Below, piece by piece: positions 63,295-64,000 of a stretch of DNA of 64,000 nt. This stretch comes from Cetorhinus maximus (Eukaryota). The stretch lies in contig NW_027596233.1 of the NCBI RefSeq assembly GCF_964194155.1, positions 248,001 through 312,000 of the forward strand, written 5' to 3'. The notes under the pieces are model-generated. The model was not told the origin of the DNA. It ran no database searches and saw only the letters and a program-made list of their open reading frames with translations. A program made the position numbers and the translations under genes. How positions within the stretch are numbered: the stretch's first letter is position 1; each line of letters opens with the position of its first letter.

Positions 63295-64000
63295 TCAACA
63301 CCGACAGTGTGGCACTCCCTCTGTGCTGACTCCCTGACATTGCGGTACTTCATCAAATTAGATACATCAACATTGCGGCGCTCCTTCAGTACTTACCATC
63401 CAGCAGTGTGTGGATCCTTCTGTGAAGTTACTCGGACAGTGCAGCACACCCTCAGTACTGATGTCAGAAGGCTCGGTACGCCCTGAACACTGACCCTCGG
63501 ACAGGGCGGCACTCCCTCATTATTGACCCTCCGACAGGGTGGCACTACATCAGCACTGAGCCTCCGACAGTTTTGCATCCTCTCAATAAAGACCATCCGA
63601 CAGCGTGGCACTTCCTCAGGACATCCCATCTGACAGTAATGCACTTAATCTGCACTGACAGTCTGGCTCTGCGACACTCCCTCTGTACTGGCCCTCTGAC
63701 AGTGCGGCGCTCCCTCGGAACTGCCCCACAAACTGTGCCACGCTCCCTCATTAGTGATCCTCTGACAGTGCCACAATCACTCAGTACTGACCCTCCACAA
63801 AGCGGGACTCCTGTGGCACATACCCTGCAAAAGTGCAGTGATACCCCAGTACTGAACCTCCGATAGTTTGTTTCTCCCCAGTACTGATCCTCTGACAGTG
63901 TGGCACTTCCTAAAAACTGAAACTCTGACATTGTGGCAGTCCCTCAGAACTGACCCTCCGACAGAGCGACACTTCCTCATTACTGACCATCGGACAGCGA
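63295..64000. repeat. 33-bp satellite, array 3 (runs off the window)
   Basis: Directly visible, colinear with array 2. Confidence 0.9.

Larger units (their letters stand above)
51510..64000 (+). repeat. Tandem segmental duplication / macro-repeat, period ~4.0-4.2 kb, one partial unit and about two further units
   Basis: Unique-sequence landmarks recur: catatgccacttaaacatgcccttgg (~56795, ~60977); gacggagtgttctgtgcccaagcttgg (~58040, ~62043); atcactcagataccacaca (58861, 62866); gaacaggagaaggt..cccttagccttgttcca (~51555, ~58933, ~62939). Confidence 0.95.

Overview
Eukaryotic, repeat-rich vertebrate DNA. The repeat families and receptor type point to a cartilaginous fish (shark/ray); this is an inference. 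The genic core is a cluster of two-exon, rhodopsin-class orphan GPCR genes of the GPR139/GPR142-like type, reconstructed here by manual splicing. It comprises a pseudogene on + (exons 15278-15494 and 17935-18832), an intact gene on + (23760-23829 and 27554-28488, 334 aa), a decayed 3' remnant on - (~37690-37975) and an intact gene on - (46690-46474 and 43568-42670, 371 aa). The copies lie in a mirror-like + + - - order, and the three with a first exon share an upstream sequence module. A TATA box with a signal-peptide exon at 3457-3593 suggests a further small secreted-protein gene or pseudogene. The rest is decayed mobile DNA (Penelope-like elements with hammerhead-like ends, CR1, L2, RTE/BovB-like LINEs, a Harbinger transposase relic), a ~4 kb 18-bp minisatellite, and a ~4.0-4.2 kb tandem macro-repeat (51.5-64 kb) built from three different satellites plus unique blocks. 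Most ORFs in the supplied track are spurious. Repeat boundaries are approximate, read by eye.
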